From assembly GCA_963693365.1 (NCBI GenBank), contig CAVNZM010000008.1, forward strand, positions 4,178,310 through 4,242,309: a stretch of 64,000 nt of DNA, given 5' to 3'. Position 1 is the first letter of the stretch, and each line of letters begins with the position of its first letter. The position numbers and the translations under genes were made by a program. This document shows, one piece after another, positions 19,606 to 32,336 of the stretch. Origin of the DNA: Amoebidium appalachense (lineage: Eukaryota; Protista; Ichthyosporea). Below the pieces are notes generated by a model. It was not told where the DNA came from. It made no database searches and saw only the letters and a program-made list of their open reading frames with translations.

Positions 19606-20005
19606 GTCTTGTGGTGAAAGTAAAGTTTATGGCATACAGGCAGATGTGTGCTTTAAGCCTTAGGGAACTGTGGGCAGACATGTCAACACTTGGGCCTATG
19701 GGTAGACGTGTACACACTTAGTGTATTTGTTTGTGTCTCTCATGGTTATTTTATAGCATGAAGCACTGCAAAAAATGGTGTATGTTTCCGTGGTCCACGT
19801 ACACAGAATCCTTTAATATGAACACAAGTGATTGTATAGAAAAAGAGTAAGTACGTACATGATAGTCTAGTCAGATTATAAAGAACAAATCAACTTGGAC
19901 CGAGTATATTCAAATACAAACTAAAAGAGAAAAGAAACAAATAAATCAAGACCGATCAATTCAAATACAAATCAAAAGAGAATGCCACTTAGTCGACCAA
20001 TCAAA

Positions 20006-21151
20006 TCAGTACATCTCATGCTCATACTGGTCAAACTCTTCCTGGTCAAGATCAATGAGGGGAATTTCTTCAGTTTGTTTATGTTTGGGTTCAGGTTTGC
20101 GGTCATACAAGACCGACTCACGATCAGACGCAGATTCGTCATCTGTCATATCATCGAGTACCTGATTTGCCCGTCGTTTGAGCCGCTTGGGGTTGAATGC
20201 TTCATCTGAGTCCCAATCACATTGATCATGGACGCGTTTGGCGGGTGAGGCAGGTGAAGAGACAGACTCATTACCACCTGTGTATGCCTTCAAGTTCTTC
20301 TCCCGTCGCAGAATCTTCCTTCGGATGCTTTTTATGGTGTTTTGGGCTGCACACACAGCAGCAATGGCCAGGCCCTCCGCCATTTCATCTTCAGCCGCCT
20401 TTGCCTCTTTGACACGCTCTCGAGCATTCTGGAGCTCCCCCCTCACACTAGTTAGCTGTGCATCGAGGTCCATCGTATGGTCATGCAACGAAGTCTCAGG
20501 TGTTTTGGTGTGCTTGGGCCTGGGCTTAGCGGCAGGGGTGGTCTTGGCAGGAGTGGTCTTGGTGGTAGGGGTGGTCTTGGCAGGAGTGGTCTTGGTGGTA
20601 GGGGTGGTCTTGGCAGGAGTGGTCTTGGTGGTAGGGGTGGTCTTGGCAGGAGTGGTCTTGGCGGCAGGGGTAGGGGCAGTCATAGGGGCGGTCTTGGTGG
20701 CAGGGGTGGGGGCAGTCACAGGGGCGGTCTTGGCGGCAGGGGTGGGGGCAGTCACAGGGGCGGTCTTGGCGGCAGGGGTGGGGGCAGTCACAGGGGCGGT
20801 CTTGGCGGCAGGGGTGGGGGCAGTCACAGTGGTGGTCATGGCCACAGGGGTAGTCTTGCAAGGGCCACTGAAAATGTAGTTTTCATAGGCCACCTGGCCA
20901 TCCCGGTGGGGTGCTTCAGCCCGTTGCAGGCTGGCAAGCTCGGCCTGCAGGGTCTTGATCTGGTCTTCGGCTGCCCTCAGTCGTGCCTCTACATCAGAGG
21001 GCTGGGGCGTACGTGCAGCATTCTCATTGGTCACTTGACTGCGGAGGCTGATGAGGTCGGTGTGCAGGGCCGTTAAGCGGGACGAATGGTCCGTGTACAG
21101 AAAATCAACGCGCTTCTGCAGCTGTTGAAGCTCCTCTTTCCAAGAATCCAT
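20006..21151 (-). CDS. Hypothetical coiled-coil protein with TAPTPAAK/TTPAK repeats and acidic tail
   Basis: 381-aa ORF, in-frame repeats, upstream TATA-like and CCAAT boxes. Confidence 0.65.
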   Translation of the reverse strand: MDSWKEELQQLQKRVDFLYTDHSSRLTALHTDLISLRSQVTNENAARTPQPSDVEARLRAAEDQIKTLQAELASLQRAEAPHRDGQVAYENYIFSGPCKTTPVAMTTTVTAPTPAAKTAPVTAPTPAAKTAPVTAPTPAAKTAPVTAPTPATKTAPMTAPTPAAKTTPAKTTPTTKTTPAKTTPTTKTTPAKTTPTTKTTPAKTTPAAKPRPKHTKTPETSLHDHTMDLDAQLTSVRGELQNARERVKEAKAAEDEMAEGLAIAAVCAAQNTIKSIRRKILRREKNLKAYTGGNESVSSPASPAKRVHDQCDWDSDEAFNPKRLKRRANQVLDDMTDDESASDRESVLYDRKPEPKHKQTEEIPLIDLDQEEFDQYEHEMY

Positions 21152-21444
21152 GTTTCGTGTGAGTGTTTGAAAAACAAGTTTGTTGTGTGTCGCCTTTTAC
21201 TATTGAGTGTCAGTGTTGGAATGAGTGAATGTGACCGTGTGTGCTGCTTTTATATGCCACGGTACAAAGCAGCTTACAGCAATGGTGCCAAGGTTCAATG
21301 GGATAGATCTGTCCAATCAACGGTCATTGTCACTCAAACAGCCTTGATGATTGGCAAAGTATCACGTCTAAGCTTGATGAAAACAAACCCGTGGCTGCTA
21401 ACCATTGGCCGGGTATAGATCTAACCAAAAAAGGAAGGCACAAC

Positions 21445-22258
21445 AAATTGGTGCCTGCACACGGAGCATGCCTATAGGCTGTTTAGACACCACACGTGTA
21501 GGGCGCTGCCTCTTGGCACCAACCAGAAGAGGGTAGAAATTGGTGCCTGCACACGGAGTATGCCTATAGGCTGTTTAGACACCACACGTGTAGGGCGCTG
21601 CCTCTTGGCACCAACCAGAAGAGGGTAGAAATTGGTGCCTGCACACGGAGCATGCCTATAGGCTGTTTAGACACCACACGTGTAGGGCGCTGCCTCTTGG
21701 CACCAACCAGAAGAGGGTAGAAATTGGTGCCTGCACACGGAGCATGCCTATAGGCTGTTTAGACACCACACGTGTAGGGCGCTGCCTCTTGGCACCAACC
21801 AGAAGAGGGTAGAAATTGGTGCCTGCACACGGAGCATGCCTATAGGCTGTTTAGACACCACACGTGTAGGGCGCTGCCTCTTGGCACCAACCAGAAGAGG
21901 GTAGAAATTGGTGCCTGCACACGGAGCATGCCTATAGGCTGTTTAGACACCACACGTGTAGGGCGCTGCCTCTTGGCACCAACCAGAAGAGGGTAGAAAT
22001 TGGTGCCTGCACACGGAGCATGCCTATAGGCTGTTTAGACACCACACGTGTAGGGCGCTGCCTCTTGGCACCAACCAGAAGAGGGTAGAAATTGGTGCCT
22101 GCACACGGAGCATGCCTATAGGCTGTTTAGACACCACACGTGTAGGGCGCTGCCTCTTGGCACCAACCAGAAGAGGGTAGAAATTGGTGCCTGCACACGG
22201 AGCATGCCTATAGGCTGTTTAGACACCACACGTGTAGGGCGCTGCCTCTTGGCACCAA
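21445..22258. repeat. 92-bp tandem array, ~8.8 near-identical copies
   Basis: AAATTGGTGCC at 21445, 21537, 21629, 21721, 21813, 21905, 21997, 22089, 22181. Confidence 0.97.
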
Positions 22259-22339
22259 CATACATATGCACACACAACATTTGTCCCCCCCCCCCCCCCC
22301 CCCTGCCTCCCCCTCCCCCCCCCTCCCCCCCCCCCCCCC

Positions 22340-22632
22340 CCCTGCCTCCCGGAACCACGCCCCCAGTGGAGTCTCTTAGTACACGTGACCATGGCCATAT
22401 GCATACACAACATTTATCCCCCGTGAGTGGCCCCCCAGTCTCCCCTGCTCCCCTGCCTCCCCTGCACGTGTGCCCTCCCCTGCCTCCCGGAACCACGCCC
22501 CGGCGCAGTGCCAGTGAGTGCTCCCCTGCCTCCCCTGCCTCCCGGAACCACGCCCCGGCGCAGTGCCAGTGAGTGCTCACGTGCCTCCCCTGCTCCCCTG
22601 CCTCCCGGAACCACGCCCCGGCGCAGTGCCAG
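22340..22632. repeat. GC-rich direct repeats CCTGCCTCCCGGAACCACGCCCCGGCGCAGTGCCAG (3 copies plus a partial)
   Basis: Direct reading; the tail GCCCCG(G)CGCAGTG also occurs at ~5021 and ~5911. Confidence 0.85.
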
Positions 22633-22654
22633 CTATTTTTAGATATAGAGATTC

Positions 22655-22749
22655 CATGGCCACATGGCCAGATGGCCAGATCATTTTGGCTCCCGTTTTA
22701 TCCACCTTTTTCACACACTGAATTTGACCTGGCCATCTGGCCATCTGGG
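22655..22749. repeat. 8-bp phased TGGCCA repeats in inverted arrangement
   Basis: TGGCCA at 22657, 22665, 22673 and 22730, 22738 around a T-rich spacer. Confidence 0.7.
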
Positions 22750-22862
22750 TAGAGACCGTTTTCTGTTCCAATATCGGAGAACTGTCTGATAGTGATAGAA
22801 ACTGTCATTCGAAGAACAATCGGGAAACCCCGTGGTGTGACAACCAATCAGAATGAAGCAAT

Positions 22863-23249
22863 ATTGGGATATTCGGGTTGGTTGTAAGGTTTTCCGGATC
22901 GGGCCGAAGGCCCTAACGGGCCGCAGGCCCGTCTATTGGGCCATAGGCCCTAGGCCGCTAGGCCTGGGGCGCGGGGCCCCGGGGACCGGGGGGCCCGACC
23001 CGGCCCGCGGGCCACCCCCCGGCCCGGCCCGGCCCGCGGGCCCGGGGTTAGCAGAATCTGCTAACCCCGGGCCCGCGGGCCGGGCCGGGCCGGGGGGTGG
23101 CCCGCGGGCCGGGTCGGGCCCCCCGGTCCCCGGGGCCCCGCGCCCCAGGCCTAGCGGCCTAGGGCCTATGGCCCAATAGACGGGCCTGCGGCCCGTTAGG
23201 GCCTTCGGCCCGACCCGGAAAACCTTACAACCAACCCGAATATCCCAAT
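22863..23249. repeat. 387-bp near-perfect GC-rich palindrome
   Basis: 193-bp arms centred on 23056; one mismatch seen (22898/23214). Confidence 0.97.
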
Positions 23250-24055
23250 GCCGAAAATACAAACGTCGTCCCATGCCGGTATCGATAAAAGGGCACACTT
23301 TTTGACATTAATCTGCATATCGTTGTGCTGGCACCAATGTTCAACCACACGAATGTATTGCCGTAGTTCGAGAGGATCGGATGACATAAGCACAATATCG
23401 TCGGCAAAAAAGAGGGCGGGGGGAGCCTGGGATGGCAACCCCCCGTCAATTTGTGCCGCAGAAAGAGTGTCGGCTAAATCATCAATATACAGGTTGAAAC
23501 GAAGAGGACTTAGTAGGGACCCTTGAAGTACCCCGCGCGTGCGGGTAAACCCTGGGGATAGCCGCCCATTAACCACCGCTCGTCCGCGTGTAAACGTAAA
23601 CATAGCTTCCAGTAGCCGACCCATTTGGAATGGGACACCGCGAGTGGCCAACTTGGCCCACAGGCGAGGGAGGTCGACCACGCGTGTCGTACGCGTTCTT
23701 AAAATCGCGATCAATAAATACGAGGTGCTCGGTATCACTTTGAGTTGCATTATGTAGAGTGAGGATTTGTGCGTAACATGAGTGTCGATGCCGAAACGCC
23801 GCCTGAAGAGGGCTCAGCTGGGAAGCCTGCTTAAGGGTGGGGTTACGGGAAAAGGCCTGTAAAAGGCCACTTTCGAATAATCGGCGAAAAACGGACATAA
23901 GGGTGATAGGGCGAAATTCGTGGATGGGACCCTGTGCAACCGTTTTCTTGATGGGAAACACTAAGGTGGCTAGCCACTCCGAGGGCACTTTACCGACATC
24001 AGAATACCAGCTAAACAACTCGCTAAGAATATCATTTTTTGGTCCGATCCATCCC
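23250..24055 (-). pseudogene. Non-LTR (LINE-like) reverse transcriptase fragment, frameshifted
   Basis: FRPITL, QAAF, DFKNAYD in one frame; GVLQGSLLSP, FADDI, INVKKC in another. Confidence 0.9.
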
Positions 24056-24164
24056 CTGAATATCATTTGATATATCTTGCCTAGCCCCTGAATATCACCA
24101 GATATATCATATATCGAATCGGCCCCTGTATATCAAAAGATATGCGGGATTTTTTTGCAGGGGC
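24053..24164. mobile_element. Possible DNA-transposon end with subterminal repeats
   Basis: CCCCTG(A/T)ATATCA three times, ending TTTTTTGCAGGGG; truncates the RT fragment. Confidence 0.3.
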
Positions 24165-24555
24165 CTTAGTGGCCACAGACCGAGCACATGTACACAGATC
24201 CATCATGGCTGCATCACACTCAGGGTACAATTCACTACGGCGGCCGCCGCAGAGACGGCCGGTGAAATACAGCGTGTCACTTCGATTTTTTCCCCCAAAA
24301 CACTACAATAATTTATAAATAACACATTAGTGCCCTCACCAGCATATTAGGGTTAATTAGCCTGCTCGCGGCTCTTGTCCGGATCCACGGTGCAATATAG
24401 ACATGCTTGTAATATTTATATTTTGTCCTAGAGGGTAAATTGCATGTGCCCGTGGATATAGCTTTTAATAAGACAATCACACATCTCGCAGGACAAGGCT
24501 TTTAAAATGATATATTAGGTGTAGGTTTTGCAACCTTTTTTTTTTTTTTTTGTGT

Positions 24556-24607
<52 letters not shown>

Positions 24608-25084
24608 ATAATCGGTGGGGTGGTTGGCTTTATCGACACCGATTGTAGAAAAAGTCTATTGCATCATGTCATGTGCAAATAATGCACGTGTACGTGCACC
24701 AACCTGGTTACCAACAAGAAAAAACAAAGGCACAGCTCTCAGTAGAGTGACAAACCACCAGCCAAAAAAAAAAAAAAAAAAAGAAGGAAAAAAAAAAAAG
24801 AAAAGAAAAAAGCTTGCATGACACCTGGCAGTTTCTGTAATCTCTGTTATGAACCTACTAAGATGACCATGGACTCAATAGTGAAAGCATCCATTTGACA
24901 GGAGTTTAAAATCCATAAATAGTGTTATTGGCAGAAATGGTAGTAGGTTGGCCCTCTTTTGAAGTTGTTCATTAATCAGGCCACGTGACATCATGCACAC
25001 AGTGCACGTCAGGCATTTCAAATCTGCACTAAACACATTCCACACATTCTATTAACAACTGAAAACAGTTTTTTATGCAGCAAA

Positions 25085-25170
25085 TCATTTTTGACCGGGG
25101 GCACCACCCGCAGCTGGCTGTGCTGCTGCCCCGGGCTGGGCCGCCGCCATCTGAGCATAGTAGGCCTGCC

Positions 25171-25228
<58 letters not shown>

Positions 25229-25281
25229 CTGCCCCGTGCATTTGGGTGTGCATGGCCGAGGAGGTGGGTGGGTGGGTGGGT

Positions 25282-25316
<35 letters not shown>

Positions 25317-25589
25317 GGACGGGAGGGTTGTTGGTGGGTGGGTTGGGTTGGGTTGGGGGTCGGGGTTTGGGGGATTTCAATATAACAGGGTATGAAGCAC
25401 ACAGTTACCAAGAAAACACAAAGCAGATCCTGCAAAGAACATATGAAAGTGTATATGCATGCGGCTGAAGACACGTAAAATGACATCCTGTATTCACGGG
25501 AGTTTTCCGTGCGCAAGGGGGGGGGGGGGGGGGGAGGGACACACATGCATGCACGCCCGGCCGCTCGCCTGCAGCAGCAGCCCCAGCAG

Positions 25590-25628
<39 letters not shown>

Positions 25629-25963
25629 CCCCCGCCTACAAACACACGCACACATACCCTCCCTCACGTACACACCCACACGCACCCACACACATCCATG
25701 CACGTACACATGCACACACACACACACACACACACACGTGCACGCACCTGCTGCATTGCCGGGTTGTTTGCCCCGCCCGGCTGGGAGGCATAGTACTGTT
25801 GCAGCTGCGCGTAGTATGCTGTGTGCAACCACCCCAGTTCAGCATATATCCATCCCCCCCCCCCCCCCCCCCCCCCCCCCACCTCCCTTCCCCGCCCCAA
25901 AACACATTCATTCTCTGCACCATCTCTCTCCCCTCAACCACCACCATCACCATACACATTTTA

Positions 25964-26014
<51 letters not shown>

Positions 26015-26287
26015 ACACACACCCATACATGCCACCACACACACGCGCGCTTATTCCCTCCCATGGGTAATTTGTTTCGTCCCACCACATCCCTCAACAT
26101 ACTCACGATACAACGACTCGGGCGTCTCGTATCACTCCTTTTGCCCATTACCCCTCCTGTTTCATCCCCCATATCCTTCCCTTCCCTCCCCCCCCCCCCC
26201 CCCCCCCCCCGGTCCCCCCTCTCCCCCCCAAAAAAGCCCTCCCGGTCCCTATTACTAACCATTTCTTATTTCGCCCCTTATCCCCCC

Positions 26288-26322
<35 letters not shown>

Positions 26323-26963
26323 CACAAACACACACCACCACCTTCCCCAACACACAAAGACACAAAGAAACCCTGAATCCAAACCACATCATGAAGTGAA
26401 ACCTTCCCCCCCCCCTCCACCCACCTTGCCACTGTGCCGCCGCATCCGCCCCTCCAGCCGCTCCGGGGGCCGCCGGCGCCGCCGCACCAGGAGCAGCCCC
26501 TGCCCCTGCACCCCCTGCATTCTGATTTCCACCCACCGTCGCCGCCGCACCTGCCGCAGCCTGATTATTCCCTTGGTTTGTACCTGTAGTACCATTTGCA
26601 TTTGGTGCCCCCCCGGCTGCTGCAGCCGCGGCCGCCGCTTGTTGTGCGTAGTATGCCTGCCAGGCTGCTGTGTAGTCCATGGCTGGGGCGGCTGCGGCTG
26701 CGGGATTTGTGCCTTGGGCTTGGGGGGTGGACGGTGGCGCGCCCGAGGTTTGGGTTGGTGGTGCTCCTGGGGCACCGGCTGAATGGGTTGGTGGTGGTGG
26801 TGGTGGTGGGGGGGGGGGGGGGGGGGGGGGGGGAGAGGGGGTGTTAGTGTGGTGATTTGTGGTGGCCGTGAAAGTGTTGGGAATGATGCTAATGCTATTG
26901 GTGATGGTGTTGGTGTCATTTTGAAATGTATTGTTGCTGTTGCTGTGCTGGTAATGGTGGCGG

Positions 26964-27029
<66 letters not shown>

Positions 27030-27145
27030 GCGTGTGTGCGCGCGCCCCTTTGTGTATGTTTCTCCTTTCGGTGTGTATGTGTGTGAATGTGTCTATGAAC
27101 GGGAATGGTGGTGGTGGCAGCGGAGATGGTAGTGGTGGTGGTGGT

Positions 27146-27244
<99 letters not shown>

Positions 27245-28192
27245 GCATGAAGAACGGAGAGGGAAGAGAGAGAGGGAAACGAGAACAAGTGGACGGAGAC
27301 GGATTGGTGGTGGTAGGGTAGGTGGCGGGCCTTCCCTTCTTTTGTTGATAGAGGAAGGTATGTGTGTGTGAGTGCGCGTGTGTTGGGGGGGGGGGCGAAG
27401 GGGGGGGGGGAGGGGGGGAGGGGGGGGAGAGGCTTGGGCTGTTGTTCTTGCACCCTTGCCAGAATCAAAATGCAGGAATGTTTGTATTAGAGAGTAAATG
27501 ATGAATGGGAGTGCGTGTGATGCTATTGAATGAGTGTGTGTGAAAGAGTAAATACCATGCATAAGAAAGCTTGTGAAAGGGATGGATGTGTTTAAGTGTG
27601 AGTGAGTTGAGTGAGTGAGTGAGTGTGTGTGTGTGTGTGTGATAAAGCAAACATAAATGTTAGTGTGTGAGTGGACCACTAAGCCACGGAGACATACAGA
27701 GTGCAAAAGACAAACATAAAGAAAGAAGGAGAAGCCAGAAAAAGAGTAGATGCGCAAGAGTAGATGCGCACTGCGTGCAATTAGAAGTGCGAGTGGTAAG
27801 GTGTGCCAGCATGTGCCCGTTGTTATTATTCTGCTGAGTTTGCACAATCGAGATATACATACCAGGGGGTTGACCCGGGGCACCAGGCTGGGCACCGGGA
27901 TAGTTTGGATATGCCCCCGGGGCACCATAGTTGCCGTACTGCCCATAGGGGCCTGCTTGCTGCCCGGCTGGGGGCTGTCCGGGTGCTGGTGCACCGGGAT
28001 AACCCTGTGGATATACCGTGTGAAAGTTAGAACATGCACAGTGTGTCTCAAAAAACCTAAAACGACGGGCACAATTCTCAAATACCCCCCCTCACCCCCT
28101 CCCCACCACACACACGCCTGAACGTCAACACCCATTTACCCACACACCCACCCATACCCGGATGCCCAACCACACACGCACACACCCACACG

Positions 28193-28245
<53 letters not shown>

Positions 28246-28546
28246 ACACACACCATCCCCAAAACACACCCACTTACCCACCCTCCCACCCACACTACCC
28301 ACACACACACACACACCTGGGCGGGGGGCTGGCCGTAACCACCGGGGGCACCCGGGGGCTGTGTGCCGGGGGGAGCACTCCAGGGGGCACCGGGTTGCTG
28401 CTGGGGGGGCCAGCCTGCTTGCACGTGCACACAGTCAGAAACACGTGGACACATACAACTATAAACAGGTGCACAATCCAGCACATCCCTACTTGCTTCT
28501 CACAACCCCCCCCTCCCCCCCCCCCCCAACCCCCCAGGGGATTGGA

Positions 28547-28579
<33 letters not shown>

Positions 28580-28862
28580 TTTTCCCCAAACGCACAAAGG
28601 CCAAGAAGTATTATTAAGGAGGTGGCAGCTGCAATTCTCTGCTAAAACCCTTCGCAAGCGCGTGCATGAATGCACGTGAGGGTGTATTCTTTGCTTCACA
28701 GAGTGCCAAGTACACATTCACGAAGGACAACGGGGGGGAGGGGGGGGGGGGGAGAGGGGGGGGGAGGAGGCAAAATACGCACCATCTCTGTTAGGACCTC
28801 CAGGGCCGGGAGGGAACCCCCTGCAGAATGGGAACACTGTTAGCACAATACTAATGGCAGGA

Positions 28863-28893
<31 letters not shown>

Positions 28894-29060
28894 CCCTCCC
28901 CTCCCCAAAAACAACAACAACAACAATCATCAACAGCAAAGGAGGCACACTACACATCAACAGGTGCCACCACGTTCTTAATCATCCCCCCGCACCCCCT
29001 CCCTTCCCCAACCCCACGACTCCGTCTCCATACCATCCCCACCACAAACAATAACACACA

Positions 29061-29106
<46 letters not shown>

Positions 29107-29262
29107 CACCAAAAAATGGGGTGGGGGTGGGGTGGGGGTGGGGTGGGGTTGGAGGGGGGGGGGGGGGGGGGGACCAATACCCAAAGGGGCCGCCAGGGGG
29201 ACCTCCGGGTCGGCCACCAAAGCCACCGGGGGGACCGGCCATGTGTGCAGGCATGGGCTGGC

Positions 29263-29318
<56 letters not shown>

Positions 29319-30432
29319 ACCTTCGTGTCCGTGGGTGTGTGTGTGCATCTCTGTGTGCAAAAGCATGAGAGCAGGGAGCATATGTAGGGTGATGGGGTAT
29401 ATGCAGGGGGGGGGGGGGGGGGGGGGGAGGGGGGGGGGGGGTGTAGTAGGGGGTCAGGGCTGAACAATCATCACTGACAATTTTTTTTACATCTACTCTG
29501 CCCAACCCCCTCATATTCTGTCCGTTCCTTTGCCATCTGAACGTGTTTTGCTTGCGGGTGTGCAGATAAGGACGTGTGTGTGTGCGCACGCGTGTGTGAG
29601 CTTGTGTGTGTGTATGTGCTTGTATCTACGCCTTTGCTTACGTACTTGTGACACTTACACGGCCGTCGACTTGCTGTATACACACACTCTCTCAATATCC
29701 CCCCCCCCCCCCCCCCCCCCCCCCAATAGCTAAATAAAGAAATAAATACTACCACACAGAACGGCCACCATCTTCCACCAAAGGGCACTACCAACCACCA
29801 GCATCATCAATGCACTTCCCGTCCACAAGACCCCTTAAACATCACGCGCTCTGTTTTGAAATAAAGCCACCAACCACCACCACAACAACCACCCGCACAC
29901 AAGACACCGTTCCCATTCCGCCTGGGAGTCCCCCCGTCTCACCGCCGCAATCGCCACTTAACCACCACCAGAATTCGCCACACCACACACAACTAAACCA
30001 ACCAAACAAACAGGAAAAAATCAGAATATTACACCGCCGTCAGCAGCAAGAAAAAGGCAGCTAATCGAGGCATGATCGAGGCACACAGCATGGAAGACCC
30101 CAGGGCACTACTCACGTCGGAGATCCGATCCCAGATCAGGTTTTTGGCTTTTTCGATCTGCGCCGGCGAACCTGCACATACCACAGCACCACACCCGGCA
30201 AAGGGGGGGAGGGGGGGATGGATGGGGCGGAAATGTGACCATCAGGGGGGAGTTGTACTGGGGGGGGGGGGGGGGGGGGGGGGAGAAGCGGGGGAGGAAG
30301 GGGACTGTGTGTGTGTTCGTGTGTGTGCGCGCATGCCCGAGTGTACGTGCACGTGCAAATGTCCACGTGAAATAGTGTTGGGTTGTTCTTGCCAGGTGTC
30401 GATGGATACTACATTCGCCTTCTCCACGAATG

Positions 30433-30493
<61 letters not shown>

Positions 30494-31381
30494 CATATGT
30501 TCTTGTACGTGTGTGTGCACGTGATGTGTACTTGTGTGTGCCTGTGTGCTAGCATGCAGGTAAGAGGGGTTCGGGTAGGAGTAGGAGGAGAAGGAGGGAG
30601 GAGGGGGGGACGGGGGGGAGGGGAGAGGGGGGGGGGGGGGGGGGGAGGGAGGGGGGGGAAGGGGGGGACAACCGAAACAGCACACGTCGCCAAACCGCCA
30701 ACCATGCCTTCACCTACCTGCCATGGGATCATCGCATAATCGCTATAACACCACCCCAACCCCAGTCGCCCATACGACAAAGACTGCACGCCACCTACCT
30801 TTCATTTCCCCACCGATTGTTTTTTTTTATATAAACTTAAGGAAACCCAAACCACACTTTCAAAACGAGAAAACAGCCCAGCCATGATGTACACACCCTT
30901 GCAGAGTCACTTTATGGAAAATCTAAGAGGTGACGGGAGTTTATGAGAATCTTACCGGTCAGAATGAAGGTCTTTTCAGGCGCATTTGGAGGGGGGTTCT
31001 TTTCGAGCTGCACACGGCAACCAGAGTGCTCCTCAATGGCGCGGATGCTCTCACCCCCTGTGGTTGGATAGACGTGGGATAGTCAAATATCTACCCCGGA
31101 AACAACATCAATCTCTAAGCCGGTATGGTTTCCACAAGCGTCATTGTACCACATATGACTTAACGGGAGGTGATTGTGATGGTGTGTTTGGGTCGGTGGG
31201 TGCCCGTACGCACAAGTTTCTTACTTGCGTAAATATGCGTGTGCAGCGGAATCATGGAAACTGGGCTTTCATAAATTCTTTTGCGTGGGCGTGCACTTGT
31301 GTGTGCTCGTACAAGGGTACATGGGGGGTTTAGAATGTGCTATAAAGTACGCCTTCGTGACCGACAAAACCGTGATGGAGA

Positions 31382-31416
<35 letters not shown>

Positions 31417-31499
31417 GGGGGGGAAGAGAGAGAGAGGGAGAGAGGGAGGGAGAGTGAGTGAGTGAGGGAGGGAGAGAGGGGGGGAGGGGGGAGGGGGAA

Positions 31500-31533
<34 letters not shown>

Positions 31534-32237
31534 GGGGGCTATTGCACTATACCTTTGCCGATGACGTATCCGACCTTGTGAGCAGGAATGCGGAAAGGGA
31601 CCGTATCAACCGTTGGCCCATATGCACCGCTATCCCGTCTCTCCCGATCGCCACCCCGATCGCAATCACGATCACGGGAATCTCGATCCCGCCTAAAATC
31701 ACGGTCAAAATCGCCTAGATCACGGTCGTGCCTGTCCCTCGGATCGCGGTCGCGGTGGAAATCGCGATCATGGTCCCGATCGCGGAAATCGCGGTCGCGA
31801 TCACGGTCCCTTTCCCGATCAAAGTCACGATCGCGATCATCGCGGAAATCTCTGAAGGGGGGTGGTCCCGGGGGGCCTGGAGGAGGGCCCATGCCTGGGG
31901 GTGGACCAAAACCACCGGCAGCTCTTGCCTGCAATCGCATGTTACATTAAGCCAGGGACAGCTACCTTAATAGCTTCCCCCCCCTCCCCAAAAAAAACCC
32001 TCCCCCTCCCCTCTCCACCACCCACCCACCCCTTCACCATACCTCTCCCTTCCCCCCCCCCCCCCCCCCCTCCCCCCCCCCCCCCCCCCCCCCCCTCACT
32101 CCCATTCCAGTCTTCCCCGGGGATGTGGGTGAGAAAGCCACATCACTCTATGGTAACAGTAGGAAAGAAACCGGACGACAGGTGATACATGTGGAGCCAA
32201 GGTTGGGTGGTGCGTGTGTGGATAGGTGGGGATGCTG

Positions 32238-32336
<99 letters not shown>

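Larger units (their letters stand above)
225..23249. mobile_element. Endogenous virus-like/plasmid-like DNA island (left limit unknown; right limit at the palindrome)
   Basis: Dense intronless ORFs of families common in large eukaryotic DNA viruses (D5-like SF3 helicase, PD-(D/E)xK nuclease, Fic, patatin, C2H2, MYND, IS607/Fanzor2); almost no (CA)n or poly-G tracts, unlike the host region after 24.5 kb. Confidence 0.75.

Noticed and set aside
21445-22258. CRISPR array
   Set aside because: Whole units are identical; no variable spacers
225-23249. Classification as Polinton/Maverick, virophage or Helitron
   Set aside because: No pPolB, rve integrase, packaging ATPase, capsid or HUH Rep/PIF1 motifs recognised in the window
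22853-23298. Mirror-image ORFs on both strands
   Set aside because: Consequence of the palindrome
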